DNA of 63,547 nucleotides, counting the filler, from Klebsormidium nitens (Eukaryota; Plantae; Klebsormidiophyceae), in NCBI GenBank assembly GCA_000708835.1. It is 7 parts of 7 records of this genome, joined end to end, with 100 filler letters (N's around TTAATTAATTAA, not from the genome) between each part and the next. Parts side by side here need not be neighbours in the genome. Positions count along the whole stretch, not along the records: positions 36,033 to 44,149 come from DF237507.1; positions 44,250 to 52,861 come from DF238263.1; 5 more parts are not named here. One strand, given 5' to 3'. The translations under genes and the position numbers were made by a program. The notes under the pieces are model-generated. The model did no database searches and had not been told where the DNA came from. It saw only the letters and a list, made by a program, of their open reading frames with translations. Each line of letters starts with the position of its first letter. Within the stretch, counting starts at the first letter, position 1. Shown piece by piece: positions 36,224-50,165 of this stretch.

Positions 36224-39200
36224 ATGCTAGAGACCACTCTGCTTCCTACTCTGGGAGGGCCAGTTCTATCTTTTGCACTTTGCACCAACAGCCCGCCCGT
36301 ATTGAGCTCTGGCTTTAACGTCATTCTAAATAGCTTCTCCCAGCTATCAAGATCAGGAGGGCATTGTCTGTCATCTTGTCCAGGACGTGCAATCCACTCG
36401 GGTCGGTTCCGACGCTCAGCGGGCAAGGCAGCTGATCGTCAGAGGATCGATTGCCGGAAGCATCAAATTACGCTTTTCACATTTGAGCCAATGCAAATGC
36501 AGTCAGCTGCCCAAAGGAGAAGCCAAAAAGGTTGCGCAGGGGCTCACAGACAACAGAACACTTCAAACATCAATAACCCAGAACAGAACTGCAGATTGCA
36601 AGGCGCACGCAAACGGATTTCGAAACCAGCTGCAACAAGAAGCCTCACTGTGCGCACTGCCTACGATTGCAGAGCTGCAATCTCGTCACAAAGGAACTCC
36701 ACAACCCCGCGCAAAGTAACGATGAGCGCTGTGCCATCCCCAATCATCTCCAATGAAAAGCGAGAATCTGATCAGCTCAGGCCTTCGATCACTGTGATCG
36801 CGACAGATGTCGACGGGACGTTGTTGGATAGCAAGCAGCAGCTGCGGGGAGAAACGGTGGCGGCACTCAAAGCTGCAATGGCGAAGGGAATCCAGGTGAG
36901 CTTCATTTAGAACCGGTTTGAGGGTTGCTTTTTTCCTTATTGGGTCTGACTGTGTCAGGTTCTATGTAGGCTCGCCAGGGCAGTGTGCTCGACTTGCTGG
37001 GTCAGAGGCTCACCCAAAGACCAGAAGGAGCAAGACTGCCTTCCACTAGTCCAAGATCCTTGCAGATACGTTCAAGTAGGCGCAAGGGGTGATGCTGAGA
37101 AGCAGAAATGAATGTTAAACACCTGAGATTGAGGAGCCAAATTCAGCAGAGCCTGGCTGCTTCACCCCACTGACCAGACCCTCCAAGTGAGTTCTAGAGC
37201 TGCCATCTGCACCGATGTCCCGACGGCTGACATTGGCCAACCGCCAGATCAGACTGCACTAACCGCCAGTGTTCAGAACTTCGCTCTAGCTCCAACTGAA
37301 GTCCGCCAACTTCCTACTTCACTACGTTTCGATCTGTGCCTGCGTAGACTCGCAAGGACATGCAGACTGCCACTACAACCACAAGTGTCTATTTGCTGAC
37401 TTTATACTTGATGAAAACTGCCACTTCAACTTGGAACAGCATATGCTTTCTTCTTGACTATACCAACAGGCCTTGTAAGCTGAAGCTACAATTGTGGGCA
37501 CCTCAGCCAAAGAAACTGATCTGCAAGCTACATCTGCATTAGCATATCCAAGTGAAAAAGCAGGCGGAAACGAGTACGAAGGTTGCTTATGTCTTTCTCA
37601 GGTACTGATTGCTACCGGAAAGGCCCGGGGTCCCTGGATAGACACTGTACTGCCCCAATTGGGACTCACCACACCAGGTGTGTACATGCAGGTAAGAAAT
37701 TTCGATCTTTTTTGGAGACTTTTGCCCTCATTGTCGCTGCTTTCTCTTTGGATCAAACCATAAGCCTGGTGATCTCATTTCGGAGATATTTTCCAATCTG
37801 AAAGCACTGAGTCCAAACAAATAGTACTCTGAAACGGGAGGTCGTGCTTTTCCTGGAACATTATCATTTGTGGGAGATCCGATAGGAAGATGCAGATTCC
37901 CTTTCCGACAGGGCCTCATTCTGTATGATGGCGACGGCAGCATTCTGTACGAGCGGTGCATGGACGAGGACGTGGCCCGGAAAGTCATCCGACTAGGCGT
38001 GGAAGAAAACGTAACTGTGACCGCGTATTGCGGGAATCGAATGTAAGCAACCTCGCTATCTCTCCTTGTATACTCTGCAGGGCGAGAAGATTTGCCCAGG
38101 GAGGCGAATTGTAGAGCTCTCTGGGCCGGTCACCTGCGTCTTCTTTACTCTGTGAAAGCTTGGGAGGAAAGAGAGAGTCGAAGGGAGCTCCCTCATGGGT
38201 CCGTCTTTGGCTGCTTGTCCGCAACTGCTCCTAATCGCTCTTTTTGGCGGGACTTCCGCGTGGTCTCTGTTTCTGTACCCTAAAGGATCCGTTTTCGAAA
38301 CCGTCAATCCCATGCGTTTACGAACCTTCCACAAGCTTCTGCCCTTTCGGGGAACTTCCGCTGGTCTGCGGCACGCGCAAACAGTTTGTGTGAATCAGAC
38401 AGTTGCCAGGGTCCTTCCTGTCATGACTGCATTTTCTTTCCTCGATGCAGACTCTGCGCCGAGCGTGATAAGCACACGGACCGCCTCATAGGCTATGGGG
38501 AGCCGGTGCCGGAAGCTATGGGGTCGCTCCTAGACGTGGTTGGAAAAATTCCCATCAACAAGGTACGGGGATCGCCCGGACCAATTCATAAGAGCAGATT
38601 TGTTCCATTAACTGGAAAGTTGCACGTCGTTTAATAATGCTGGGTGCTCAGATGATAACAGTTTTGGATGCTTCAACTTTTGCCTCAAGCTCCTAGGTGT
38701 CAGGAGACGACGTTCACGTGCCGCCTGTTTCGTTGAAGAATGAACGTGCCGCCTGCAGTGGCTCCGGTTATTGTGTTTTCCGATAAGGCTCGCTTCTCAG
38801 CTTGCGTGTCAGTCAAGGAAGAAGGTCTCTTCTAGGAGTCGTTATGGCTTTTGCGTGATTGTTCTGTTATCAAAAGAGGTTCTCGCAAGAAATAATGTTG
38901 CTCCCTGCGCGGTTCTGCACGGCTTTCAGGTCGACGTCCTTCTCGGTCTTGCCGCTCTTGCTGAGCTCTATTTGGAAATCGAAGGGGGCTTTGTAAGGCG
39001 GAACAACACTAGGGCTGAATCCAAAGAAAGCTCCCAGAGTCGGCAGCTTCGACCTGTTCCGAAAGCTTTTTGAAGACGAGGTTCTGTTTCGCAGTTTAGC
39101 AAGTGAACACAAGTTGGGCTCCAAAGCTGGTCACCAGCCGAGTTAAGGCCGTTGGAGTTGTCGCAGCCAGCTAAACCAGCCGTCGATGTTTTCTTGTCTG

Positions 39201-40989
39201 GAGTGTGCCACGTCAACACATCCCTTCCAACGTGTGACATCGAGAAGATTCGGAGTCCGATGTTTGGTCGCTGGCGGACACGCGAGAGTCATTCTCTCTC
39301 GTTTTCCCACAAATTTACTTCAGTCTAGATCAGAACATGACCGGCCGAAAATGTCATGCGGTGAATTTGCAGAAATTTTCGAAATCGTATCTGTCCTCGA
39401 TCCCCTAACCAAGTTTGTTGTGGCAACGGAAGTGCTCACTAAATGTAGCGTTCACAATCGTAGGCACCCGGGAGACTGGTATGGTTAGCTTGGTGGTTAG
39501 AGTGGGTACGGGGGCGGAGCGCGTGACCTTTCAGGTTGGGTTTTTTATCATGTGCCCGGGGCTTTTTAATCTTAGTGAACACTCTGTTTATTGAAAACTG
39601 CCGTTGCCACTACCCCAAGTTTGACTTGCGCGCGTGCAGTTGTTATACATGGGCGAGCAGTCGGCCATCGACGCGATCCGGCCGGCGGTGCAGGCGGCGC
39701 TGGGCAGAGAAGCCACGCTCGTGACGGCGCTCAACGGAATGCTCGAGGTGCGTGCTCAACGGAATGCTCAACGGAATGCTCAACGGAATGCTCAAGTGAT
39801 CGAGGAGAAGGAAATCTGGGCAGAGTTTTTAGGTTTCAAAGTGGTCGACGGAATACTCGGAGTGCTCAAGGGAATGCTCGAGGGGGGTGCTTTTCGAAGC
39901 AATCTAGTAACGTAATACGAGTTCCGTTTTCACTGATGTTCGTGTTCTTTCTAGACACCCCTGCGGTGTGAAACCAGAATATCAAAGGATCCATATCAAC
40001 AGCCCTAAGTTTCGGCGCGTTCCAGCAACTGGTCAGTTCGTTCTTCTCCTATTCATCTATCCTTTCTTTGCGCTATTTCACCCCGCAGCGCAGTGGCAGT
40101 CATCGTCAAAGCCAGCAATGCTATTTACAATATTCGAGATCTCGTTGCATGTCGCTAAAACAGCAGGCGCTCTTATCGAGTACATAGAGCACCTGCCACA
40201 TGATTCCTCAGCTCATTGTTAGCAGTCGCCTCCCCTTTCCCAACGTCTTTCGGCTCGTCGAAATTCAGTAGCTGCAAAAGCCCTTTTTGTAGGGCGTTGC
40301 CGCGCAGACTCTTTTCTCGAGTCTGCGAACGATCTGGTATTTTCGGCGTAGTGACAGTTTCTGCCCCTTTGACAAGCAGGCCCAGATGTTGCAGCCCCAG
40401 TTGTCATTCGCACTCGGTGCAAGATCTATTCGAATAACTACACTCCCGGCCATGCTGTAACACAAACATGTGGTCCCTGCGTGGGACAATCCGAGGACAC
40501 CATTCTTTGCATCCACAGCAGTTATTTGTCAATGTCTACTGGAGGCATTCAAGAGGGCCTCCGTTTGCACAATGGAGATCCGGGCACTTTACTGCGCATC
40601 ATATCCCTTCTTCTTACCCCCCACTCATTTTTTCTTTACCCCCTGTAATAACCCTCCCTCTACCCCAGGTGCTTCCCCGGGGCGCCTCAAAGGGCCTCGG
40701 TCTCAAGATGGTCCTGGAGCGGATGGCCGTGGATGCGCGCCACGTGTTGGCCATCGGGGACGGCGAGAACGACATCGAAATGCTGCGGACGGTGGGAACT
40801 AGTGTGGCGATGGGGAACGCGGGGGCGGAGGTGAAAGCCGCGGCGCAGTTCGTGACGTCATCGAATGACGAAAGTGGGCTCGCGCTTGCGGTAGAAAGTT
40901 TCGTTCTGGGGGGTTTGGAGTCGGGGCGGTGTAGGGTGGGCGAAGGGGGGCGGATAGAAATGGTGGAAAGGGTTGAGGTGATGAGATGA
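36224..40989 (+). CDS. Cof-type HAD-superfamily (subclass IIB) phosphatase with a long N-terminal extension (possible organellar transit peptide), 6 exons
   Basis: Exons 36224-36895, 37602-37691, 37912-38042, 38451-38562, 39640-39747 and 40669-40989 are phase-consistent. Motifs: I ATDVDGTLL, II IATGKAR, III ASKGLGL, IV IGDGENDIEML...AMGNA. The start is tentative. Confidence 0.9.
39729..39882 (+). repeat. 12-bp unit GCTCAACGGAAT repeated from the exon 3' end into the following intron
   Basis: One copy lies in the exon (39729-39740), three tandem copies follow the donor (39754-39789), and degenerate copies lie at about 39847-39882. Confidence 0.9.
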
Positions 40990-42243
40990 GACCGGGTATG
41001 GTCTGCTCAGTCACGGGTTGGCGGTAATCTTCGTTAAGCGTAGCGTCCTTGTCTCGAGCGTGTACAGAGAGGCAGAAGAGGGGGAACGAGTCGTAAGGCC
41101 CGAAACGGCTCCAGTTCCAGGGGTTGACAATACTGACTTGCAGCGCTGAGCTTTTTGTATCATTCTGCTTGAAGCGAGTTGACTTTGAGAGCGACTTTGG
41201 CCGGACAAGTCGTCAAATCAGCTCCGACGCTCGCGTTCCTGTATTGCAGTTCAGTCAAAGCATGGACCCAGAATAGACATTCACGAAGTTGCTAAGGAAA
41301 AGATTCCACTGAAAAGTGAAGGTCACTCAGAGGTCGCGTCTAATTATCACTGACGCTGGTTACCGGCCCTGGCAGCCTGGCTCGTGGGCTAATAGACTGC
41401 CCTGAGTCCATGCCAGCAAACTAATCAAGACCTGTCTCTGCGAAAAGCTTGGAACAGCGGGTTCATCGTACTTCTCGCGGCTGTCCGAGGCTTGTAAATG
41501 GTCCTCGATGAGACTCATTGATTGCATGGAGGATCGTGCACAGGCGAAAGCCTGCCACGGGTATGGCATGTCGCATTCCTATTGAGTAACTCCGATTCGA
41601 TGATGCGCAATCAATTTAACACGCTTACAAAATCAGTTTATACTATAGTCACCGCAAAAATGGCCCGGAGTCGAGAGGCAGGCTGTATACGAGATCGAGT
41701 ATCTAACATGTAGCCAGACTCGTATCACTCGCGCTGCATGAGGTCTTCCACCTACCTTTTTATATGCGGCATAATGCTGTGCTTCCTGGCTCTTATAATC
41801 AACTAGCTCTGACATATGTGAGTAACTTGATTTCTGATGTGGTTAGCACATGAGGGGTAGCCATACATAGTAATATTTGCTCCTTGTATACTGCGCAATT
41901 TTTACTGAACCTAGCCATTTTGCAATGGAAAATATCTCAAAATTGCCGCCTTCCAAATGCACGCTGCCGATTCTGGCCCGCGCATCTGTACACACGCGCT
42001 GCACTCAGAGTCTGATTTGATTAGTAGGACCTATTTGCCAAAACGAGGGACTGATGAATGGCTCGAGCTTGCCTTTGTCAATTGCAATGTGCCCGCTGCG
42101 ACCCTGCTGCATAATAAGTGTCCCACTGACCCTACCTGCAACGTAGTATCGATTAGACGCTATTCTGTCCAGCACTTCCTCCTTTGGTTAGTAAAACTTC
42201 ATCAACGCTCAACAAGTTTGTCTCGACCTCATCTGAGGCTCAC

Positions 42244-43281
42244 AAACTTCTGGTGCAACTCAACTCGGACCAATGTCCCTTCCCACACATGCCCCACTAA
42301 AGAACTGGCAAGCACTGCCCCTCCAACCTGCGCAAGCAAGCAAACTGCCGCATGCAGTGCTGCCTCTTTCCTCCCCAGTATCCGGACCTCAGAGGCGAGG
42401 TGCGATGTTGCAGGTGTCCACTGAGATAGGAAAGTCACTGCTGATGTGAGGACGGCTAGCCCAGCGACGCCGGCAACTTGAGGGCCCTTGAACTGCTCAT
42501 CCAGGACTCCTGCATCATTTGAGCATAGGCTTGAGGACTGCAACAGAGCTTGTCTGTACTTCCAAGAAGTACAAACAATCATCCCAATCCTACTCCAAGG
42601 GCAAGCTAGGGTGCGATACAAAAACAGTCCGGGAAACCTCAAGGATGGTTTCGGATCATTTGAATAAAACGCGCAGCCGCCAGTCATGCCTCAAAGTCAT
42701 TCCAGAGCCAAGCTCCTTCAACCTGTCCATTGAACACAAGCACTTTGTTCTCTTTTCAGCTCCTTGGGATTGGTTCAAGACTTGGTGCGGTTGAACGGAG
42801 ACGGCTTCTTCCTTCAGAGGCTACGTCACGTCTGATTCGTAGAGGTCAATCCTCGTCAGAGACATGAGCACAGAATAGTGTATGGTAGCGACTTGGATGC
42901 TGTTTCTTCAAAAATGCTGCAATCTGGTCGATCCTTAGAAGCAGAAGGTCCAGAAGCTGGCACTCTTGTGTGATTGAGTCTAAACCTCAGACTAATGGAG
43001 CCGGCGAAGGGATCTAGCAGTTCTCGTTCTACTAAGTTCCCAATTGCAAGCAATTCACTAGCAAAGAGTGCCTTCACAGCCCGTACCGTTTTGAGGATGC
43101 ATGTCAGGTGTTACTCTCTTGAGTAGGCAGCAGAAGGCAAAACCAGCATAAGAATCAAAATTCTCACACCTGAACCAACGAGGATGCCGCACCCCAGGTA
43201 CACGAACAGGAAGGTGCTCAGCAGCTCACTGCCAGCACCTGCCACCAGAGGACTTCTGCAGAGCCTTTGGCTGATGCTCAT
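42244..43281 (-). pseudogene. Aquaporin/MIP-like gene or pseudogene, N-terminal half only recognisable, lacking NPA
   Basis: Exons 43281-43170 and 42509-42244 join in phase 1. They encode a TM1-like SELLSTFLFVYLGCG, a TM2-like VAGVAGLAVL and a TM3-like AVCLLAQVGGAVLASSLV. Loop B reads SHLASEV where HxNPAV is expected. The second half could not be reconstructed. Confidence 0.5.
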
Positions 43282-44564
43282 GCTGATTCCGATGTCAGAA
43301 GGAAGCTTTATGCTATAGCTAGCTGTATGCTGGACAGGGGCTGCAGATCTAGATCGTTGCAACCTGCGCTGTCCTCAGTACGGCAGTTTCAGCGGTCCTC
43401 CGGCTGGATTTTTGGATACCACAGCTGACAACAAGTAATTGCAGGCTATCTGCTCAAGGCATTGATAATATGCAATAGTTTGCCTGGGAGTGGCGCGTCC
43501 CTGGCAGTCAGTCTGTCATGACGCTGTTCTGAGCATGCGCAAACTATGAAAGTATCTGCAACATTCAAAGTGTATGACGCGCAGTTGCTAGGAATTAGAA
43601 TTCAGATCTCGGCACAAAGCCCTCTGCCGGCCGCCGTGATGTTAAAATTCAAAAAGCTGTCAAATTACCAGTCTTGCGAGGGCTAAAAAGCCGGAGGAAA
43701 AGGGTGCATACTGGCGCTGTAAACGATATAGCGCCTCTGAGATATACGTTTTGCAAGTCAGGATGTTGCTATGAATGAAATGCTTGAGCAAAATTCCTAA
43801 AACGGACACCTGAGGCTGTAAGTTAGAGCAACTCAGCAACTTTAGTCTTCTACCTACCTAGATCGTAGTGTACGGTAATAAGTTATCGACTCTGCATGAG
43901 CTCTACGCGCTGCGCTTCAACCTCAAGTTTGAAGGGGAGTGCACATCTTCCCCGGTTTTTCGAAAAGCACGTGAATGCAGCCGTTCAGATCGCAAGTGGA
44001 TCCGATCGGACGGCTTTGGACGAGCCAAGTACGTCTCTTCTCATCGACGATTCAAACTCGGTCAATGCTTTCAATCGGCGGTCGATACCCGTCGCGAACC
44101 GTTCCCTTTTCTGCCGCGCGGCCGGGCAAGATCACATTCAGCTGGACAGNNNNNNNNNNNNNNNNNNNNNNNNNNNNNNNNNNNNNNNNNNNNTTAATTA
44201 ATTAANNNNNNNNNNNNNNNNNNNNNNNNNNNNNNNNNNNNNNNNNNNNCGGAGGTGGAGGGCTTGAGCATGAAGGCGGAGAACCGGACACGAGAACTAC
44301 TGTCCGCCCTGTCTCTCCTGTCGTCCTGCTAAGGACGGGTCGGAGAGTCCCAGCCCCTGTTCTGTCTAGGAGTCATCCGTCATTTGAGGACCATCTTCAG
44401 GCGCAAGCAATATCGGTGTCTGCGAGGTTACTGTTGCACACCAGTCATCTTGGTTGGGAACAGGTCGGGAGTTTAGCACTCTCCTCTTCTCTTCGCATTT
44501 CGCCTTCCCAATGCTGCCTGGCTTGTTTCAGAAGGAGTAGACGATTAAAGGAAGAGACGATCAA

Positions 44565-47500
44565 ATGGATCCCATTGAGGAAGTCAAGTCGGAAATAGCA
44601 GAGGTCAAGGAACAAATCAAGGCTGTTTCAGAAGAGATTAAGGAAGCGAAGGAGGGCATCGAGCGTGCAGAAGAAGCTGGCAACCTGAGTGAGAAACAGC
44701 GCTGGGTGAAGAAAGAGGAGCAGCTGCGGGAGGAGAAGAACAAGCTGCTGGAGGAGAAGAACAAGCTGCTGGATGAGAAGGCCCGGCTGCAATCTGCAGG
44801 TGCGTCTCTCTTCTTGTCAAAGTATGTTGATTATCTTGGGCACAGGCCTTGAAACACTGTGCAAACCCGCAGGCAGGTGAGTGCACCTGCTCAGAGCACC
44901 TTCGTCAGGGTTTGTTTCCATCAGTGTGGGTTAGAAATGAGCGGCTCTCGTCGCCAGCACCCTTGTGTGTGCCGCTCGCTGTAATTGTGGGAGTTGAAGT
45001 TAGCACAAGAATGCATGTAAAACGGAGCGGCGTGTTCTTTACGGTCATGATGACATGCATGCTAAAGCTGTCTTTCGAATGTGGATAAAATGTTTCAGGT
45101 TGTCGAAAGGTTGCTGATCGACATGAGGGTTCTAGAACAACCGCAGGCTGTCCATCTTTGCAAGCTTTATTGTATGCTCTTCTGCGAAAGAACTGGGAAT
45201 GGCGCAGCTTTGCTGGTCGCATCAAAGGCAGCACAAGACGGTTGCTAAAATGTCAGAAGAATTGCATGTTTCGGAAGAGTGCACGTTGGAGCAGGTTTTT
45301 GCAGCTTAGTCAGCTTGGAAACTTTTCCAGCATGAGCAACTGTGAACTGGCAGAGACGTGCTTACAGATTTCTCTCAGCATGTGCTTTGCTTGCATGGCT
45401 CGGTTTTCCTGCGGGCAAGTGTTCAGCTGTTGTGGCCGGACATCCTGCTTGGAGGCAGAGTTGTTGGTATGCTCTTTTCGTCTCGAGGGTCAAGCATGTG
45501 ATAAGTGAGCATGTAAAGGAGTCTGCAAGTTGGCCTGTTGTGTAGGGATTCCAGTCTAGTCGTTAATGGTTGAGCATGTGGAAGAAAGAGTCTGCTGTTT
45601 GGCTGGTTGCTAAGGAACTCTCGTTCTTATCATTGCAGTGTCAACTACTGGCGGCAACAAGGGCAGCAACATGGAGGTCTGCGCACGACTTCTTGGCGAA
45701 GTTAACCATTGGGAAGCAGAAGGAGCGCTTGAAGCCACAGCTGCAGACTTTGGAGAAAAGCTCCTAGCACCTTTCAACCCTCTCCCGGCCTCAGTTCAAA
45801 TATACGACCAGATCAATGATGAAGATGAAAACTTGGGCCGAAAACTCAAGCTGGAAGGTGACTGCTCCCTTGTTCGGCGCGTCTCGGGTTTGCTGGATGA
45901 TCCTGAACCAACTGCAGGCAAGTTCTTGCTCTCCTGACCTGACTTTGTGTTGCCAATGTGGTTGTTGACGACTGCACTGCCAGCATGGCAGAAATTGTTA
46001 GATGACTGTGTTTACTACCTCCTGACCTTTACGGGTCCTACAAAGATGCTAGGTATGTCGATGAAGCCGCATGAGTCTTCCAAGCATCCTATCGTCACTC
46101 GCTGAGTGTTTGCTGAGTTGGTGCCTTGCTGCAGAGCTGAAGGAGTTGGCAACGTCATTTAATGTGATGAAGTTCCTGAGCCTCCTCCAGCGTCTCGCGA
46201 AGTACGCCCCGGATCGTCTGAGAATCCATATACGGCTCTCTTGGAACCAGGCAGAGCGACGTGTGTCTCGCCCTGTCACGCAGGTACTGTTTGATCATCC
46301 TATCATCCTATCACCTGCTTGAGGACATCAAAACTGTTTCTTCACCTTTCTGGCAGGGCTGTTCATAGGTTGCTTTGTCTACCAGGTTCAATAATGAGTA
46401 CACCCCGTTTCATCATTTGATAAGTTGCTTTGAAGGTGTACTGAACTGGTCTGTCTAATTTTGTAACCTTCATCAGGAACGAGTGGTCAGGGTTGGCTGA
46501 CAAGTGGCTTTTGCATGCAGCCCGGGACCATCGTTCGGCCAGACACACACCTTGTGACAGAAAAGCTGTCCCTCCTGTTTGGGGAGGACAAGGAGGCGAA
46601 CGACGAGCTCACAGAAGCCTGGAAGGACCACCGAAGGAAGCTGAACGGGGGCTTGAATCCTGTCGCCTATGGCAGAGTGCCATTCATCCCTCTCTACGCT
46701 GCTGCAGGCGATTTGATCCAATTCGGAAGGCTGACCTCAGACGGGCAAGTAGGTTGTCAGTCTCAAGCTGTCAGGCCTCTCCTTTCAACCCACGCCAGCT
46801 GGACATTCCATTTCCTGCACGGGGTTGAATAAGAACCTTATGGAGCATCAGGGGACTGCTCAAAGTTTTCGCTTCGTGCTGCCCATGTTGTCTGGATAGT
46901 CTGGAATTGTAAGTCATGTTCATCTCAGCAGAACAAAGTGAATAGCTCTTCTTTGTCTTCGGAGTGGCTCTCTTTCTGCGTCCATTAACAGAGAGGCCTT
47001 CTTCTCTTCAACACTTCACGCAGGAAGAACTGTCAGTCTTCATCCATAGATCTGCAACAGACAATCCCAAAGCCTGTTGTTCATGGTGTGTTATCAATTG
47101 CAGGTTCAGCGCGCTGGCCGGGCGTATGACTGGACCGTCCAAGGAGATCGGATTGCAATCGTGATTGCGGTGGTCAACATCTATAAGTTGCTTGTGACAC
47201 TGGTCAAGCTCGCCCCAGAAGACCACCAGAGGTTTCCAGTGTTTGACATCATCTCCCGGCCAAACGGCGCGGAGATTCTCATTTGCCTTGCAACGGTGCA
47301 CAAGAAGATTGAGAACAGCGCCGACTTCTTTCAGAGCATTCACAACGACTACGAAACTGTAAAGGTGGGGTGTTCAGCTCGTGGCCACTCTGCTCTCCCT
47401 GCTGATCACGGCAATTTCCAAGATTCTGATTATCCGTGGAGTTCCTTGACACCAATACAAGCTGGGTCGCAACATAAATGTGTAAGAGGTTCCTGACGTT

Positions 47501-49254
47501 TGCAAACCTGCGAGTCCCAAAGAGAAACAAAAGTTGTCATGGTGAACGGTCAGTGAGATACGACATTCTTCCAGTGTACACCTTCGAGGATGTTTCAGGA
47601 AGTTCGAGAAGAGTTAGACTAGAAACGAACCTTTGCACCCGATGCTTGAAGTAAGGAGTATGTGCAGTATTACAATGCCGGCCTCACGTTTTAACATTCT
47701 GAAGGCAGGCAATATGAAGTTTCATGGCTCCTTTCGAACTTCCAACTTTCCGAGATGCCTAAAGGCGGCAAGCGCAGAAGGTGCAAACGACGCCAGAAAG
47801 CTGCTGATGTCCTCTGTAGAGTTGAAGACGTTGTGTTGCCAACAAAGAAAGCGAATGAGCATCTGGATCTTTGTCAGTCTTTTGAGGTCTGGGGGCTAGA
47901 TTTCCTCAATTGACCTGCCCTCTACGCATGCAAAGTCAGGAAGACCGCACTGCTGGGGCCCTGTCCTCTCGAATCTTTCAAGCATGCTAAAGGCCCACGG
48001 TTAAATCCGCGCGCGAGCGGTACCATATGCTGCTGACACAAGCCGACCAAAATCATGTCAGTACCTTGGAAACGTTCTCGTCGTTCATTGAGATGTTATA
48101 CCTCAGCAAGATGCATGTCCCAAGTCGAGGAGTTCGTTGAAGAGAGTAGAGCTCGTATTTTTGAGCAGAAAAGGAAGAGTACTGACCAGGGCCTTCTTTG
48201 CATCATTACAGACCGCGTACGAGCTGGCCAACGGAAAATCATTCGCGGTCTGGCACGAGAGCATCTCCAATACCCCGGGAAAGAAGCGTGGTAGTACCGA
48301 TCAGCCACGCTGCATCTACAAGGTAAGTCGCACCTGAGCAGCATTTTGCTTTGATCATTTCTAACCTTTGTCTAGGTTGCCCTGATTCTGTGCGTTCCAA
48401 TGTCGATCGTTCTCATTCGACCTTCCATGCAGAGTTTGCTTGGGCCAGAGTCTCATTGACTTGTTCTTCAAGCCCCTGGCATCGAGCTGCTTTACTGTCG
48501 CTACCACTCTTTCTGGAGCACTGCCTGTATCTCTGTGCAGGTCGTCTTGACCCGGTTGGGCTTCTGCATCGAGGACATCAACGAGCTGAGCGAGAGCGAC
48601 CTTAGAAAAGCTGTCCGTGTGTGCTTAGAGCTCTGCCGGCTGTTCGCAGCTGCGAAGCTCGGCCATTGCGACCTGCGAATGTCCAACATCCTCTGGGGGC
48701 CACAACCCTTCGTCGCCGACTTTGAGGCCGCGCACAAGCTGCCCTGGAAGGTAGGCTTATTTTAAACTGATCCTTGAAGTTGAAGACGTCTGGTGGATCT
48801 CTGCTTGCTTCTTGCTTGCCTTCTGCCCTTGTCCCTTTTCAACTACAAAGGTTCGGCTTTGTTGTGAGGTAACTGTACCTCCTCAGGAGCTTAGTGATAC
48901 AAAAGTTTTCTTTAAGGCCCCAGATTGGAAGCACGAAGTGCGCCACAGCTCAGAAGGATTGGATGTCATTTAAAAGCCCCCATCCTGAACTCTTTTGTTT
49001 TGAATTCTTTTGCAAACATGCTAACATTCCTGGTGGCATCGCAGGTGCCGCACAACTTCCAGCCCTTTACAGACTGGGATGCTGGAACATTGTCGCGATC
49101 AAGAGAGTACACCACCAAAAGCGACGTGTACCAGGTGGGCATCATGATGGACAAGTATGACGGATTGACAGAAGAGGGTCGGCAATTGGCCGCGTTACTG
49201 AAAAGGAAAAAGGTAGAGGCAGAGGTCGCTTTAAAGGACCCCTACTTGTCTTGA
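44565..49254 (+). CDS. Crinkler/CR-effector-like protein: coiled-coil header + PD-(D/E)xK REase-fold domain + divergent protein kinase, 8 exons, 560 aa
   Basis: Exons 44565-44799, 45639-45917 (GC donor), 46135-46283, 46521-46748, 47104-47364, 48212-48322, 48541-48750 and 49045-49254 total 1683 nt in an open frame. Features are a heptad E/K-rich N-terminus, RPD...LLFGEDK, and kinase motifs HCDLRMSNIL, VADFE and KSDVYQVG. Confidence 0.75.
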
Positions 49255-50165
49255 AAAAGCAAGACTGCTTCCTCAGCCGACTGCGGAGGGATGAGGGCTG
49301 GGCCACTTGATTTTTACATTCAGCAGATGCCCAATCAGTGCAAACACAAAGTGGATTGGCGACAAATCAAAATGCAAACCTGTTATTTCAGACCGTTGCA
49401 TATTGGAAAGGTTTTGGGGAAATAAGTCCGGTCACATCGAGACAGAGTGGAAGCAATGTTTCCGATGTCTCAATCTGAAGATCCTGTTTCGACATGAATG
49501 GCATTTGTACTCGTTTACGCCAACATCTCAACGTTTCAAAGGGGCTGTGCACACCGCGGCGAGGCAGACGAAATTCGTTAACTTTCCTCGCTAGATAACC
49601 AAGTGCTTTCGCAAGATCATATCTGCATAGTAACGTTGCATACTATGGCAGTTTACAAAGGAACTTTTGACAATCTGCACCAACTGGCTGGCAGCATTGA
49701 ACTCAAATGCATCTAGAACATGTGTGTGTGTTGGCCTAGCATTATACGGCCTAACCATTGCCATAAGCGACGCACTTTAGATGCAAATGGTCTTCATACA
49801 TACCCCTCTCTAGCTTGCATCATTCCGCCATATAATGGTACAAGAAGCCCTCTCTTGTGTTCTACGATCCCAATCTGTGGGTAGGACGGCCAATTCCAGC
49901 CCGCCAGTACAGACTATCTCTATTTGACTGCATCACATAGTAGAATATAGCAATTTACGTATCCGCATGTATAGCCCAACCCATATTTTTAAACTCGGAT
50001 TTGCATCCATCTATGTCTATATGCGCCTTTGGCAAAGCTTGCTAAATTCCTGTCGACCTCAAAATGAAAGAATATATGCATGTACCAAGGAGTGAAGTTT
50101 TGCAAGCACTATGGCTATAGGAATGGGAGGCAAGCCAATTGACAGTTCTGGCTCGTCCTTTGCAG

